Shown here in pieces: positions 8,436 through 17,097 of a stretch of DNA of 32,105 nucleotides. The position numbers and the translations under genes were made by a program. Where the stretch lies: the IMG/VR virus record IMGVR_UViG_3300006182_000058, positions 1-32,105 of that record; one strand, given 5' to 3'. The notes under the pieces were generated by a model. The model saw only the letters and a program-made list of their open reading frames with translations, had not been told where the DNA came from and made no database searches. This DNA is from a virus. Its lineage: Duplodnaviria > Caudoviricetes. Numbering within the stretch: the first letter of the stretch is position 1; every line of letters begins with the position of its first letter.

Positions 8436-9671
8436 TTACTGGCCCTCTTTGGTGACATGGCGAACCGCCTGGCTGGCACTGATCTCGATGCCGGCCTTGC
8501 GCTGCTCGGTTTGATAGGCCTTTGCCTTGTCGGCAATGGCGTTGGCGTCGTCGACATCGAGGTCGCGACCGGCCGAGCGGCTCTTCTCACCGAACTCGAC
8601 CTGAGGCGGCAGGCTGTCCAGGAAGTCGCGCAGTACATCCTCGCCACCCTTGGTCACCTGCTTGTCGCCCTCGGCGAACTCCAGCGGCGCCGCCGGCAGG
8701 CTGAGCATCAGCTCGACCATGGGCAGTTTCTGGCGCGGCAGCAGCTTGCCCTGGGCCACCAGGCCCTCGGCGAACTCGGTCGCAGCCGTGCGCTTCTCTT
8801 CGGCCTGACGCAGGGCGATCTTCGCCTCTTCGCCAGCCACCTTTTGCTCGCGCTCAACGAGCTGCTGTTCGCGTTCCTCGGGAGTCATGCTCGGTTCCTG
8901 CTGGGTGGGTTGTTCAAGCACGCCGGCATCTGCCGCCGACGTGGCCTTGCCACCTCCTGGGGAGGCGTTGTCGGGCTCGGCTGCAGCGGCGGCAGATGCC
9001 GCTGCGGCTTCAGCGCCAGCTTCGGTGGGTTGTTCTGAAAATGAGGTGAAGCCGCCGGCGCCCGGCTTGTCTTCGGCCCGGCGGCGGGCATCTTCTTCGA
9101 TGCTCTGCAGCTGCCAGTTGGGGATCAGCTGATCGGCGCGCTCGGCGCCCTCACGCTCGACGAAGTAGTCGCGAATGCGGCGCAGGATGTCTGTGACACC
9201 GGTCAGGGCGTAGGGCGGCTCGGCGAACTCCAGGGCAAGGCCACCATCGTCCTCGGCGAAGTTCAGCTCGGCATCCGGGATGCCCTTGATGGCCGGCGGC
9301 ATGGCGCCCAGGAAGCCGATATGGCGCAGGTAGTGCTTGCCCGGTACCGGGTTGCCCGGCGAGTCCGGCAGGTACACCGAGGCTGACCGCTTCTTGTACA
9401 TCTTGCGGTTGGCCGCTTCGGCGAACTCGGGCACCACCTGGTGCGGCTCGGCGAACAACATGCCGTCGCGCATCTCCAGGCTCTTGGCCCAGCCATAAGC
9501 TGGGCCGTTGAGCTTGGGGTGACCAATGACGAGGGGCGCCTCGTGCAGGGCGGGATCGTAGCTGTCGACGATCTCCTGCAGGATGGCTTCGGTAAATTCC
9601 ACCGGGCGGCCGTCGAGAGCGGTGTGACGACCGGCGGGCAGAATGGGCAGCGTTGCGGTTGGCTTGTTCAT
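8436..9671 (-). CDS. Mu gpI-like prohead protease/scaffold
   Basis: 'YDPALHEAPLVIGHP', 'AYGW', 'YKKRSAS', 'YLRHIGFLGAMPPAIKG'; start ATG 9671. Confidence 0.9.
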   Translation of the reverse strand: MNKPTATLPILPAGRHTALDGRPVEFTEAILQEIVDSYDPALHEAPLVIGHPKLNGPAYGWAKSLEMRDGMLFAEPHQVVPEFAEAANRKMYKKRSASVYLPDSPGNPVPGKHYLRHIGFLGAMPPAIKGIPDAELNFAEDDGGLALEFAEPPYALTGVTDILRRIRDYFVEREGAERADQLIPNWQLQSIEEDARRRAEDKPGAGGFTSFSEQPTEAGAEAAAASAAAAAEPDNASPGGGKATSAADAGVLEQPTQQEPSMTPEEREQQLVEREQKVAGEEAKIALRQAEEKRTAATEFAEGLVAQGKLLPRQKLPMVELMLSLPAAPLEFAEGDKQVTKGGEDVLRDFLDSLPPQVEFGEKSRSAGRDLDVDDANAIADKAKAYQTEQRKAGIEISASQAVRHVTKEGQ

Positions 9672-9704
9672 ACCGCCAGATTGGGGCGGTATCGCGCGGG
9701 AATC

Positions 9705-9722
9705 TTTTCGGCTAGCCGAAAA
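9705..9722 (-). promoter_or_regulatory. Late-promoter palindrome copy 2 (TTTTCGGCTAGCCGAAAA)
   Basis: Perfect 18-bp palindrome upstream of the protease; -10-like CAATCT 21 nt downstream on the minus strand. Confidence 0.78.
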
Positions 9723-9919
9723 AGAGGAAGCCCCTCGGTTTGGATGCCGAAGGGCCTTTTCTACGAGAACACGGCAAGGGTGTCGGTGGCAATGCCCCCA
9801 GGCGTGTTTATAAACGCCCAAAACGCGCTGACAAGGCCGCTGCTCGATGCGCTGAGTACAACGCCAGCAGTAAAACGCCCTATAGGGCCTCCTGGCGCGT
9901 TTCTGGCGGTTTTAGATTT

Positions 9920-10489
9920 TCACCCGGAAAACTGGCTGATGTACTTCAAAACACGCTGCAGGATCTGCTCGTCGTCTTCGGGTGACGTACCCAGCCATGG
10001 TCGTGCCGGCATGGTGATGGTGTACGGGCCGACCTTCACATCCTGGGCGAAGTTGCTCTTGTCCTTGCGCACGAACTGGCGACCGATCTCGCCGCCCTTG
10101 CCCTGGCGGAAGTAGACCGTAGCCGCGCGCGCCTGACGCTCGATCTTGCCGCCGAATTGGTGGATGGCCGCATAAGGCCGGTCGCTACCGAACAGCAGGT
10201 CATCGCCGTCGGTCTGGTAACGCAGGCCACCACTTAGGCTTACCGCACCGGCACCGAGTACCAGGATCTTGTCTTTGTTCTTAGGCTTGCGCTTCAGATA
10301 GCCGGGGCTCAGCGCCTGCCAGGCCGCCCCATCGGGTGACTCTTTGGCCCGGAAGCGCCGCTGGTGGATGATCAGCAGCAGCTCACCGATATCACGCTGC
10401 AGCGGCGTTGGGTCGGCCAGCGCCGCGCCCATGGCCTGCATCGCGCGTAGCGCATCACCGGCGACGTACTCCAGCGTTACCCCAGCCAT
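9920..10489 (-). CDS. Virion morphogenesis protein (Mu gpG-like)
   Basis: 'RRF..ESPDGAAWQALS', 'GSDRPYAAIHQFGG', 'MPARPWLG'. Confidence 0.9.
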   Translation of the reverse strand: MAGVTLEYVAGDALRAMQAMGAALADPTPLQRDIGELLLIIHQRRFRAKESPDGAAWQALSPGYLKRKPKNKDKILVLGAGAVSLSGGLRYQTDGDDLLFGSDRPYAAIHQFGGKIERQARAATVYFRQGKGGEIGRQFVRKDKSNFAQDVKVGPYTITMPARPWLGTSPEDDEQILQRVLKYISQFSG

Positions 10490-11703
10490 CAGAGCGAGCC
10501 CTCCAGCAGTTGCAGCGTGCCGGCGGCGATATCGCCAGCCAGATCCGCCGTGTTCACCATCGCCGCGCCCACAACGCTGGGCCCGGTGCTGGCCACCGCC
10601 ACGCGCACCACCTCACGCTGCGCGCTGCCTCCAGTGCTGGCCACGTACAGCAGCAGCTGCTGCAGCGGGTCTAGCAGCACCGCTGCAGGCCGCGCCAGGA
10701 TGATCGGCAGGCGGGTCAAGGTCGCACGGGTGACGCTGGCCGCAGCGTCCTGCAGCACGCTGCGGGCGAACGCGGTACCGGCGCGCACCAGCGGGCTCTG
10801 CAGCTCGACCAACGCCAAGGCTGCCTCGGTGGCGGCCGGTGCCAGTGAGCCAACCACCAGTTGCCGATCGACCACCGGTCCGGTCGCCCTGGATGCGACA
10901 TCGAGCAGCTTCGACCAGTCGTCACGTAGCGCCACCGTCACTGCAGGGCGCTGCAGCAGCTGCTCGTTCATCCGCGCCGCCGGTTCGGCCGGCAGCCGGG
11001 TGGTCTTCTCCAGAGCGCCTTGCACCTGTTGCTCGAACACACTGCGCCCTGGTGCGTAGTTCCATCCTGGGTCGATGCCTTCCGGCACCTGTACCACCTG
11101 GCCCTTGAACACGATGCTGCGCACGTTGCTGGCCGGCGCCTCGTCCGGGCCACTCTTGCCCAGGTAGCGCTGCAGCTCCTCCAGGCTGTAGGCCGTGACG
11201 AAACAGCAGCAGCCCCAGCCGTTCGGCGGGTAGTGCAATTGCCACCAGGGGTTGTCCGCATGGATGGCCAGGCTGTCCCACAGCAGATGCAGCTCGCGCG
11301 GCGTCTCTACCGCATCGCTGTGGTTGTAGACCCAGAACGGCCGCTCGGCCTTCACCGCCTGCAGCTGGGCATAGCGGCCGGCTGCGTAACTGGTGCGCAG
11401 GTTGGTCTCGTAGATCACCCGCGCGCGCCACTCGCGACCGCCATCCGGCTCCCACCCGTAGTTGTCCAGGACGGCGAAGTAGTCCTCGCGAAAGTCCTGC
11501 AGGGTGGTGCCATCGCTGATCGCGCGGTTGATGATCGCGTGCAGATCCGCCACCAGGTCGACGCGATGCGCGCCGGCACTGACGAAGCTCTGATCATGCG
11601 CAGCGCCCTGGACCCGCCAATAGTCGACCACGGGCTGCTTGGCCCGCATGAAGTCGATCTGCTCGCGAAACGACAGGCTCCCGTAGCTGGCGGCGGTGGC
11701 CAT
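10489..11703 (-). CDS. MuF (gpF) minor head protein with C-terminal extension
   Basis: 'RARVIYETNLRTSYAAGRYAQL', 'R..HL.WD', 'WW..HYPPNGWGCCC', 'GIDPGWNYAPG'. Confidence 0.9.
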   Translation of the reverse strand: MATAASYGSLSFREQIDFMRAKQPVVDYWRVQGAAHDQSFVSAGAHRVDLVADLHAIINRAISDGTTLQDFREDYFAVLDNYGWEPDGGREWRARVIYETNLRTSYAAGRYAQLQAVKAERPFWVYNHSDAVETPRELHLLWDSLAIHADNPWWQLHYPPNGWGCCCFVTAYSLEELQRYLGKSGPDEAPASNVRSIVFKGQVVQVPEGIDPGWNYAPGRSVFEQQVQGALEKTTRLPAEPAARMNEQLLQRPAVTVALRDDWSKLLDVASRATGPVVDRQLVVGSLAPAATEAALALVELQSPLVRAGTAFARSVLQDAAASVTRATLTRLPIILARPAAVLLDPLQQLLLYVASTGGSAQREVVRVAVASTGPSVVGAAMVNTADLAGDIAAGTLQLLEGSL

Positions 11704-13166
11704 CAGCTGTTACCTCGGGCCGCAAGCTCGTCCTGGACGTCGTTGCGCCCGGCCAGGTGCGCGGCCTCCAGGGCCAGGCCCATCGCCGCCGCATACTCGT
11801 CCATACCCAGCTCGGGTGCAGCGGCCAGCAGCTTCTCGCGCAGATCCTCGACGCTGGTGGCGCTCTCGAAGATCTCCTGCAGGCGCTTCCCCCAGCCACC
11901 CACAGCGGCGCGCAAATCCTGCGCCAGGCGCGGCGCCATGGCAGCAGCCGGGTCGCGCGGCGTCTTGCCCTCGGCGAACTCGGCAGCAGGCGGCTGGGCG
12001 CCATTGGGTGGCGTCTGCTCCTGCAGCTCGATGCCGTAGGTCTCCTGCACGTAGCCCAGGGTTGGCTTGTAGCCAGTCATGCGCGAGATCTTCTCATCGC
12101 GGCTAGCGCGCGCGTCCATATCCTCGGGCTCCTCAACTACGCGATACACGCGCGGCGGCATCGCATCCGGGAAGTTCCAGGCAGTCAGCCAGCGGGCCGG
12201 ACCCATGTTGAAGCTCTCGCACACCAGGTCGGCATCGGCCTTGATCAGATCGAGGCGCACGTCGCCTTGCAGCTCATCGTTGCCCAGTCGCCCCGGCGTG
12301 CCCTGGCTGCTGGCAGTCTGGCCCAGCACTACCTTGGCGATCGCTGCGTCCCAGGTGTCATGGTTGGCCTGGTAATCAGCGGAACCGGAGCGCCCTGCAG
12401 AGAGCAGCTCGATCAGCATGCCCTCGGGGATGATGATGCCAGAGTCGGCCTGAATGGCATGCACAGCCTGCAGCAGCTTGTCCTGCTCTTCGGGTGTGGC
12501 GTTCTTGCCGTAGGTGCCCTTGGCCGTGGGCATGCCGAACTTCTCCAGGAAGATCATCCAGAACTTGATGCCATTGCGCTTGAAGAACACAGGCCAGTAG
12601 AGCCAGTGCGCCAGGCCCAGACCATAAGGCTCGTCATCGTTGTCGGCGCCGGTGCTGAAGTGCCAGAAGTACGGGGCCGGGGCTGGCTCCCCCAGGGTCA
12701 TATTGTTCGGCGTCAGCAGGCGCAGCGCGCCGTCCTGGTCGTAGCGGAAGCGACGGCGGTTGCGCACCTTGATCGCGTCCAGAGTGATGTAGCGGTCGTC
12801 TCGGCCATAGATCAGTTCGGCCACGGCATAGCCGTAGTACACGCCGAACAGCATCTTCTTGGTCACGTTGTCCCAGCCGACGTTATGCAGCTGCTGCTCC
12901 AGGAACTCGGCGGCCAGCTTGTCGACCGGCCGATCACCGCCGGCATCGATCTTGAACTCCTTGCTCACCACGGCCAGCTGACGTTGCTGCCAGACGCTTT
13001 TCACCTGCCAGTCGCTGAATACCTGCTCGTAGACCTTGAGATCGTTACCGCCACGAGCCCGCAGCACGCTGTCGTTAGGCTGCTGCAGTCCGCTCATGAA
13101 CGGCTTGGTGATATCACGACCGTCACCCGTGGTGGCGATCTCCCGGTGGAGCTTGGGCTTTTGCAT
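11703..13166 (-). CDS. Portal protein (Mu gp29, DUF935)
   Basis: 'PYGLGL', 'KFWMIFLEKFGMP', 'IAKVVLGQT'; directly after the large terminase. Confidence 0.92.
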   Translation of the reverse strand: MQKPKLHREIATTGDGRDITKPFMSGLQQPNDSVLRARGGNDLKVYEQVFSDWQVKSVWQQRQLAVVSKEFKIDAGGDRPVDKLAAEFLEQQLHNVGWDNVTKKMLFGVYYGYAVAELIYGRDDRYITLDAIKVRNRRRFRYDQDGALRLLTPNNMTLGEPAPAPYFWHFSTGADNDDEPYGLGLAHWLYWPVFFKRNGIKFWMIFLEKFGMPTAKGTYGKNATPEEQDKLLQAVHAIQADSGIIIPEGMLIELLSAGRSGSADYQANHDTWDAAIAKVVLGQTASSQGTPGRLGNDELQGDVRLDLIKADADLVCESFNMGPARWLTAWNFPDAMPPRVYRVVEEPEDMDARASRDEKISRMTGYKPTLGYVQETYGIELQEQTPPNGAQPPAAEFAEGKTPRDPAAAMAPRLAQDLRAAVGGWGKRLQEIFESATSVEDLREKLLAAAPELGMDEYAAAMGLALEAAHLAGRNDVQDELAARGNS

Positions 13167-14875
13167 CAGAAGCCTCCGAAGTCATTGCCGCCGCGCACGG
13201 TGCCAAAGCCACGCGTGGTGCGCTGGCCGGCGGGGCTGTTGGTAAAGGTGTTACCGGCCAGGGCGCGGGTGCCGGTGGATTGGTAGTCGATAGGAATCTC
13301 GCCGCCGTCCATGTAGCTGGCCCGCACAGCCATGGCCAAGCTGATGGCACTGTCGCCGTGGCGCTTGGCCTTGCTGCTACCGGACTCCAGATCCTTGGTG
13401 CGCCCCTTGTCAATGACTGGAATGCCTTTCTCCACCTTGATCGAGAGAAGATCATCGAGCGTGGTCTGGTGCCGCGGAATCTCAAGGTTGAACGACTCGA
13501 ACTCGCCCTTGAGCTTTGGCATCCACTCGGCGTACCAGGGCAGGTTCAGGTTTACCTGGTCAACGTGCTTCAGGCCGTACTTCAGCGCGGCCTGTTCAGC
13601 CAGGTAGCCGCCGTTGCCGGTGGCGTCGAAGGCCATGCCCACAAGGCGCGGCAGGCGATCACAGATGAAGAACATCACGTCGCGCTGGGCCTCATAGGTC
13701 AGGTTGCGCAGCTCGACCCGGAAAGGCTCCCGCTTGCGCATCTCAGGCGAGATCTGCAAAGGGCTGAACACGGTCAAGTCGCCACGGCGCGCAAAGTCCT
13801 CGCCGAAAGCGTGGGTGTTCTCTCGGCTCAGCCTGGATAGCTCCGGCAGCAGGTTCTCTTCACACCAGGCGTTGATCTCGGCCGAGCGCATTTCCGGCGT
13901 CCAACCCTCGAAACCCTCGGGCGCCTCGTAGCGGTAAATGCGGATGGAGTGATCACTGACCATCGCATGTTCGATCAGCACGCGGGTCAGGTAGGTGCCG
14001 CCGGATTTCTTCGGTACGCAGCCGTACTCTTCCTCGGCCGACTCGATGTTGGTGGCGTTCTTGTACAGGCCATCGCGCCACTTCTTCTCGGCCTCGGGCG
14101 ACCACTCTTGGCCGGTGACGTAGCAGATCCTCTTGTACAGGCCCTCGGCGATCGCATCGTCCAGCTTGATCGTGTGGATGCTGTAATCCTTGCGGCCCTC
14201 GCGTACGTCCTGGATGTAGGTGTTGAACGGGTTATCGACGCCGTTGTGGGTGCTGATCAAGCGCACCTTGTTGCCCCACATCGTCAACGCCAGGGCGGCC
14301 TTGAGCAGCTCCTCAAGGGATTCATGGAACGCTGCCTCGTCGATTACCACATCGCCCTGCAGGCCGCGCAGGTTACTCGGGCGCGAGCTGAGCGCCTGGA
14401 TCTTCCGCCCCGTTTTCGGGAAGCGGATCATGTAGGTGAGGATCTCTTCCTTCTTGCCGTCGTCCCAGAACGTTTGCTCGTAGACGTCCGCCTCGGCCAG
14501 CTCGTTGAAAGCCTTGGCAAACAGCGCACAGGCGGCGATGTACTCCAGCGCCATCTCTTGCCGACTGCCCACATAGAAGGTGTTGCAGCCACCACGCGAG
14601 CGCGGTTTGGCGGCGTTGATCACGTTGCGCCCGGCCTCGGCCCAGGTGAGACCAGTACGGCGGGACTTCTCCGCGATCATGATTTGGGACTGATCCTCGA
14701 ACCAGCGCTGCTGGTACGGGAGGAATACCGCCTGGTTGGCCGGCTGGGCCTGGGCGATCTCTTGCGGCACGTCGACGCCGAGCAGCTCCATCTCGGCGGC
14801 AAGGTCGATCTTGCGCGGTGCGCCGGTGGCGGTGAGTTTCTTGCCCAGGTTGGCGGTGGTGGCTTGCATGGCCAT
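13166..14875 (-). CDS. Terminase large subunit (Mu gp28-like)
   Basis: 'LPYQQRW', 'EKSRRTGLTW', 'VVIDEAAFH', 'ISTHNG', 'GEDFARRGD', 'DATGNG', 'HGD'; start coupled by TGATG. Confidence 0.93.
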   Translation of the reverse strand: MAMQATTANLGKKLTATGAPRKIDLAAEMELLGVDVPQEIAQAQPANQAVFLPYQQRWFEDQSQIMIAEKSRRTGLTWAEAGRNVINAAKPRSRGGCNTFYVGSRQEMALEYIAACALFAKAFNELAEADVYEQTFWDDGKKEEILTYMIRFPKTGRKIQALSSRPSNLRGLQGDVVIDEAAFHESLEELLKAALALTMWGNKVRLISTHNGVDNPFNTYIQDVREGRKDYSIHTIKLDDAIAEGLYKRICYVTGQEWSPEAEKKWRDGLYKNATNIESAEEEYGCVPKKSGGTYLTRVLIEHAMVSDHSIRIYRYEAPEGFEGWTPEMRSAEINAWCEENLLPELSRLSRENTHAFGEDFARRGDLTVFSPLQISPEMRKREPFRVELRNLTYEAQRDVMFFICDRLPRLVGMAFDATGNGGYLAEQAALKYGLKHVDQVNLNLPWYAEWMPKLKGEFESFNLEIPRHQTTLDDLLSIKVEKGIPVIDKGRTKDLESGSSKAKRHGDSAISLAMAVRASYMDGGEIPIDYQSTGTRALAGNTFTNSPAGQRTTRGFGTVRGGNDFGGF

Positions 14876-15078
14876 CAGCGGAGTACTCCATCTGGCAGGC
14901 ACGAGATGCCGCCGTTGGTGCCGCCGTAAAGCCAGCAGGTCACGCTGCGTTCATCGTCGTGCCATACCTGAATGTGTGTCGCACCGTAGCGCTTCTCCTG
15001 GGGGGCTTGTTGCTCCTGGTAGGGGTCGCAGCCCACCAATACGGCCAATAGGGCGATCAAGGTCAGGTTTTTCATCAA
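14875..15078 (-). CDS. Small predicted lipoprotein
   Basis: Signal 'MKNLTLIALLAVLVGC' with lipobox; overlaps both terminase genes; C-terminal Cys pair. Confidence 0.7.
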   Translation of the reverse strand: MMKNLTLIALLAVLVGCDPYQEQQAPQEKRYGATHIQVWHDDERSVTCWLYGGTNGGISCLPDGVLR

Positions 15079-15623
15079 GCTTTCCCCAGCAGAATGCCGC
15101 GAATGCGGTTTTCGAGCTGCTCGCTCATACCGTCGCTGCCGCGCATATCTTCCAGGCGCTGTTCCTGTTCCGCGATCAGCGCCTCACGGGCTTCACGGGC
15201 AATCGCAGCACGCTCCTCGCGGCTGGCCTTGCTGGCCTGCAGCACGTCCTTCGCCGCGCGGGCCAGCTTGCGCACGTCGTCGATGGTGGTCTCGTCGTCG
15301 ATCTGAGCGCCCAGGGCGGCGTGGGTGGTCAGCGTCTGGATCGACTGCACCATCAACGCGCCGGCCTTGTCGTTGGGGTTCTCGCCCAGCTCCTCGACCA
15401 GCAGGCTGGCCATGGCCTGCTGCTCGCGCAGCCGCTTGGCCATCTCGTCGAAGCTGACCTTGTAGCGGCCGATCGCCGAGCGGCTGGGCTTGTCCTCGCT
15501 GGGGAAGTGCTCGTGCAGATCCTCGATCAGCTCGTCCAGGGTGAGGCGACGCTCGCGCAGGCGCTTCTCGATGTGGGTGCGGACTGCCGGATCTAGCCGG
15601 TCGATGCTCGACTTGCGCCCCAT
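15075..15623 (-). CDS. Terminase small subunit (Mu gp27, DUF3486)
   Basis: 'MGRKSSIDRL...SRSAIGRY'; upstream of the large terminase. Confidence 0.88.
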   Translation of the reverse strand: MGRKSSIDRLDPAVRTHIEKRLRERRLTLDELIEDLHEHFPSEDKPSRSAIGRYKVSFDEMAKRLREQQAMASLLVEELGENPNDKAGALMVQSIQTLTTHAALGAQIDDETTIDDVRKLARAAKDVLQASKASREERAAIAREAREALIAEQEQRLEDMRGSDGMSEQLENRIRGILLGKA

Positions 15624-15625
15624 GC

Positions 15626-15925
15626 TCAGGGCCTCGGCTTGCTGACGCCCGGTACCGAGGCGCGGCCGGCAGCCACGTCGCTACCACGCTCGGTCAGGGT
15701 CACGACCAGGACGGAGCCGATGTCGTCGATCGACACCAGGCCTTGTTCGCCGAGCCAGGTCAGGTCGCCCTTCACCTGGTCGCGGCTCGGGTGGTGCCCG
15801 AACTGGCCCAGCAGGTTGGCGATCACCGAGGAGTTGGAGCGGTACTGCGGCAGCTCGGAGAGGATGCGCAGCATCACCAGGCGCTGATCCTGGCGCAGAA
15901 AATCGGCGAAGGGTTGGTTGATCAT
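15626..15925 (-). CDS. Mu gp26-like winged-helix protein
   Basis: 'DQRLVMLRIL..Y.SN', 'SRDQVKGDLTWLGEQGLV', 'LTERGSDVAAGR..VPGV.KPRP'. Confidence 0.85.
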   Translation of the reverse strand: MINQPFADFLRQDQRLVMLRILSELPQYRSNSSVIANLLGQFGHHPSRDQVKGDLTWLGEQGLVSIDDIGSVLVVTLTERGSDVAAGRASVPGVSKPRP

Positions 15926-15932
15926 CGCAGCC

Positions 15933-16268
15933 TCACTTGCTGTGTAGGAGGTAATCGTTAAGGCGATCGACCGAGCGATTAAGCGGGTCGAGGGAGCGGT
16001 TGATGCCTGCCACGTCGGACTTGATGCCCTTCATGTCGCCACCCAGTTCGGCCAGCTTCTCGGCCAGCTCGGTGAGTTGCTCGCTCCTGGGCAGATGTTT
16101 CATCTGCTGCTCCAGGACCAGCAGGCGGTTGTCCTGCCCGGTCAGGCGGGTGGCCAGTACTTCGGCCTCCACCTTGGAGCTGGCCTTGCGCGCCGACATG
16201 TACGAAAACAAGCCCACCACCACGGTGAACAGGAACTGGCCGAGGCGCAGCAGGTAGTCGAAATCCAT
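15933..16268 (-). CDS. DUF2730-like membrane-anchored coiled-coil protein (Mu gp25 position)
   Basis: N-terminal TM, 'EQQMKHLP', C-terminal 'LNDYLL'; start ATG 16268. Confidence 0.78.
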   Translation of the reverse strand: MDFDYLLRLGQFLFTVVVGLFSYMSARKASSKVEAEVLATRLTGQDNRLLVLEQQMKHLPRSEQLTELAEKLAELGGDMKGIKSDVAGINRSLDPLNRSVDRLNDYLLHSK

Positions 16269-16891
16269 CAGGGCTTGTCCTTGTTGTGTAGGTCGATCAG
16301 TGCATTCAGCTGCGCAAGGTTGGCGAGCGCCCAAGCGCCGTAGTCACGCGCATGGGCCAGGATGTCTGCGGCGGTAACGCCGCTTTCCAGTAGTTCGGCG
16401 TCAGTGCTGGGGGCGGGCCAGGCCGCTTCTTGAGAGCCGGCGTAGGCTCGGCAGCCGGGTGGAGCTGGGGCGGTGGCTCCAAGCGCTGCGTTGAAGTCGC
16501 GCAGCCAGCCACAAGTGACAACGAAGCGAGGAGCAGCCACAGGGGCAGCGCCGCGCGCCGGGGTGTATTGAGTCGAGACACGGTTGATGCGCTCCTGTGT
16601 GAGTTGCTGCTTGAGCCGGCCGATCTCGTCCTGGGCATCCAGGAACACCAGCTCGGCCTGGTTGGCGCGCTCCACCTGCTGGCGGTAGAGCACCAGGTTC
16701 TGTTCGGCGGCATCGGCGCGCAGCTTCTGGTGCTCCTCGCGCAGATCGGCAACGGCCTTGTCGCCCTTGGCCTGAGCGGCGCTGTGGCCCCGGTCATACT
16801 GGCTCTCGCCGTATGTCCACATCAGGTACATCAGCGCCACGAAGATCGGCACGTACCAGTAGTCAGCGATCCAGCCGATGACGTTCTTCAT
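16268..16891 (-). CDS. Rz-like i-spanin
   Basis: N-terminal TM plus coiled coil; downstream of the endolysin. Confidence 0.78.
   Translation of the reverse strand: MKNVIGWIADYWYVPIFVALMYLMWTYGESQYDRGHSAAQAKGDKAVADLREEHQKLRADAAEQNLVLYRQQVERANQAELVFLDAQDEIGRLKQQLTQERINRVSTQYTPARGAAPVAAPRFVVTCGWLRDFNAALGATAPAPPGCRAYAGSQEAAWPAPSTDAELLESGVTAADILAHARDYGAWALANLAQLNALIDLHNKDKP
16306..16581 (-). CDS. Rz1-like o-spanin embedded in Rz (alternative frame)
   Basis: AGGAG SD 10 nt before GTG; signal 'RRAALPLWLLLASLSLVAGC' with lipobox; Pro-rich mature part. Confidence 0.75.
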   Translation of the reverse strand: MSRLNTPRRAALPLWLLLASLSLVAGCATSTQRLEPPPQLHPAAEPTPALKKRPGPPPALTPNYWKAALPPQTSWPMRVTTALGRSPTLRS

Positions 16892-17097
16892 CACCGCCCC
16901 TTACGCTTGAGCCGGCGCCGCAACCAGCGCGGCATGGGTGGTCGTTTGTCCGCGCGTTCTGGCGGCCACAGCTGGGCCGGGCGAACGCGGGGCGGCGGCG
17001 ATGCGAACAGCTCGGCGGCAGCCAGCCAGTTCCGGGAGCAGGCGGCAGGCGAACTGCTGGTCAATGTGGCGAGCAGAAACAGCGTTGGAACTTTCAT
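16891..17097 (-). CDS. Small hypothetical protein overlapping the endolysin 3' end
   Basis: GAGAGG SD, hydrophobic N-terminus, basic C-terminus; stop coupled to the Rz start (TGATG). Confidence 0.5.
   Translation of the reverse strand: MKVPTLFLLATLTSSSPAACSRNWLAAAELFASPPPRVRPAQLWPPERADKRPPMPRWLRRRLKRKGR

Noticed and set aside
8429..8647. Alternative-frame ORF overlapping the scaffold end
   Set aside because: No clear SD or slippery site; Arg/Pro/Ser-rich shadow composition
9672..9821. 50-aa N-terminal extension of the protease ORF
   Set aside because: Runs across the promoter palindrome; family-like sequence begins at ATG 9671
9723..9919. Anti-CRISPR (acr/aca) locus between gpG and the protease, as in D3112-like phages
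   Set aside because: Only about 200 nt, with no credible ORF or Aca-like HTH; just an imperfect hairpin and a short GTTTATAAAC dyad
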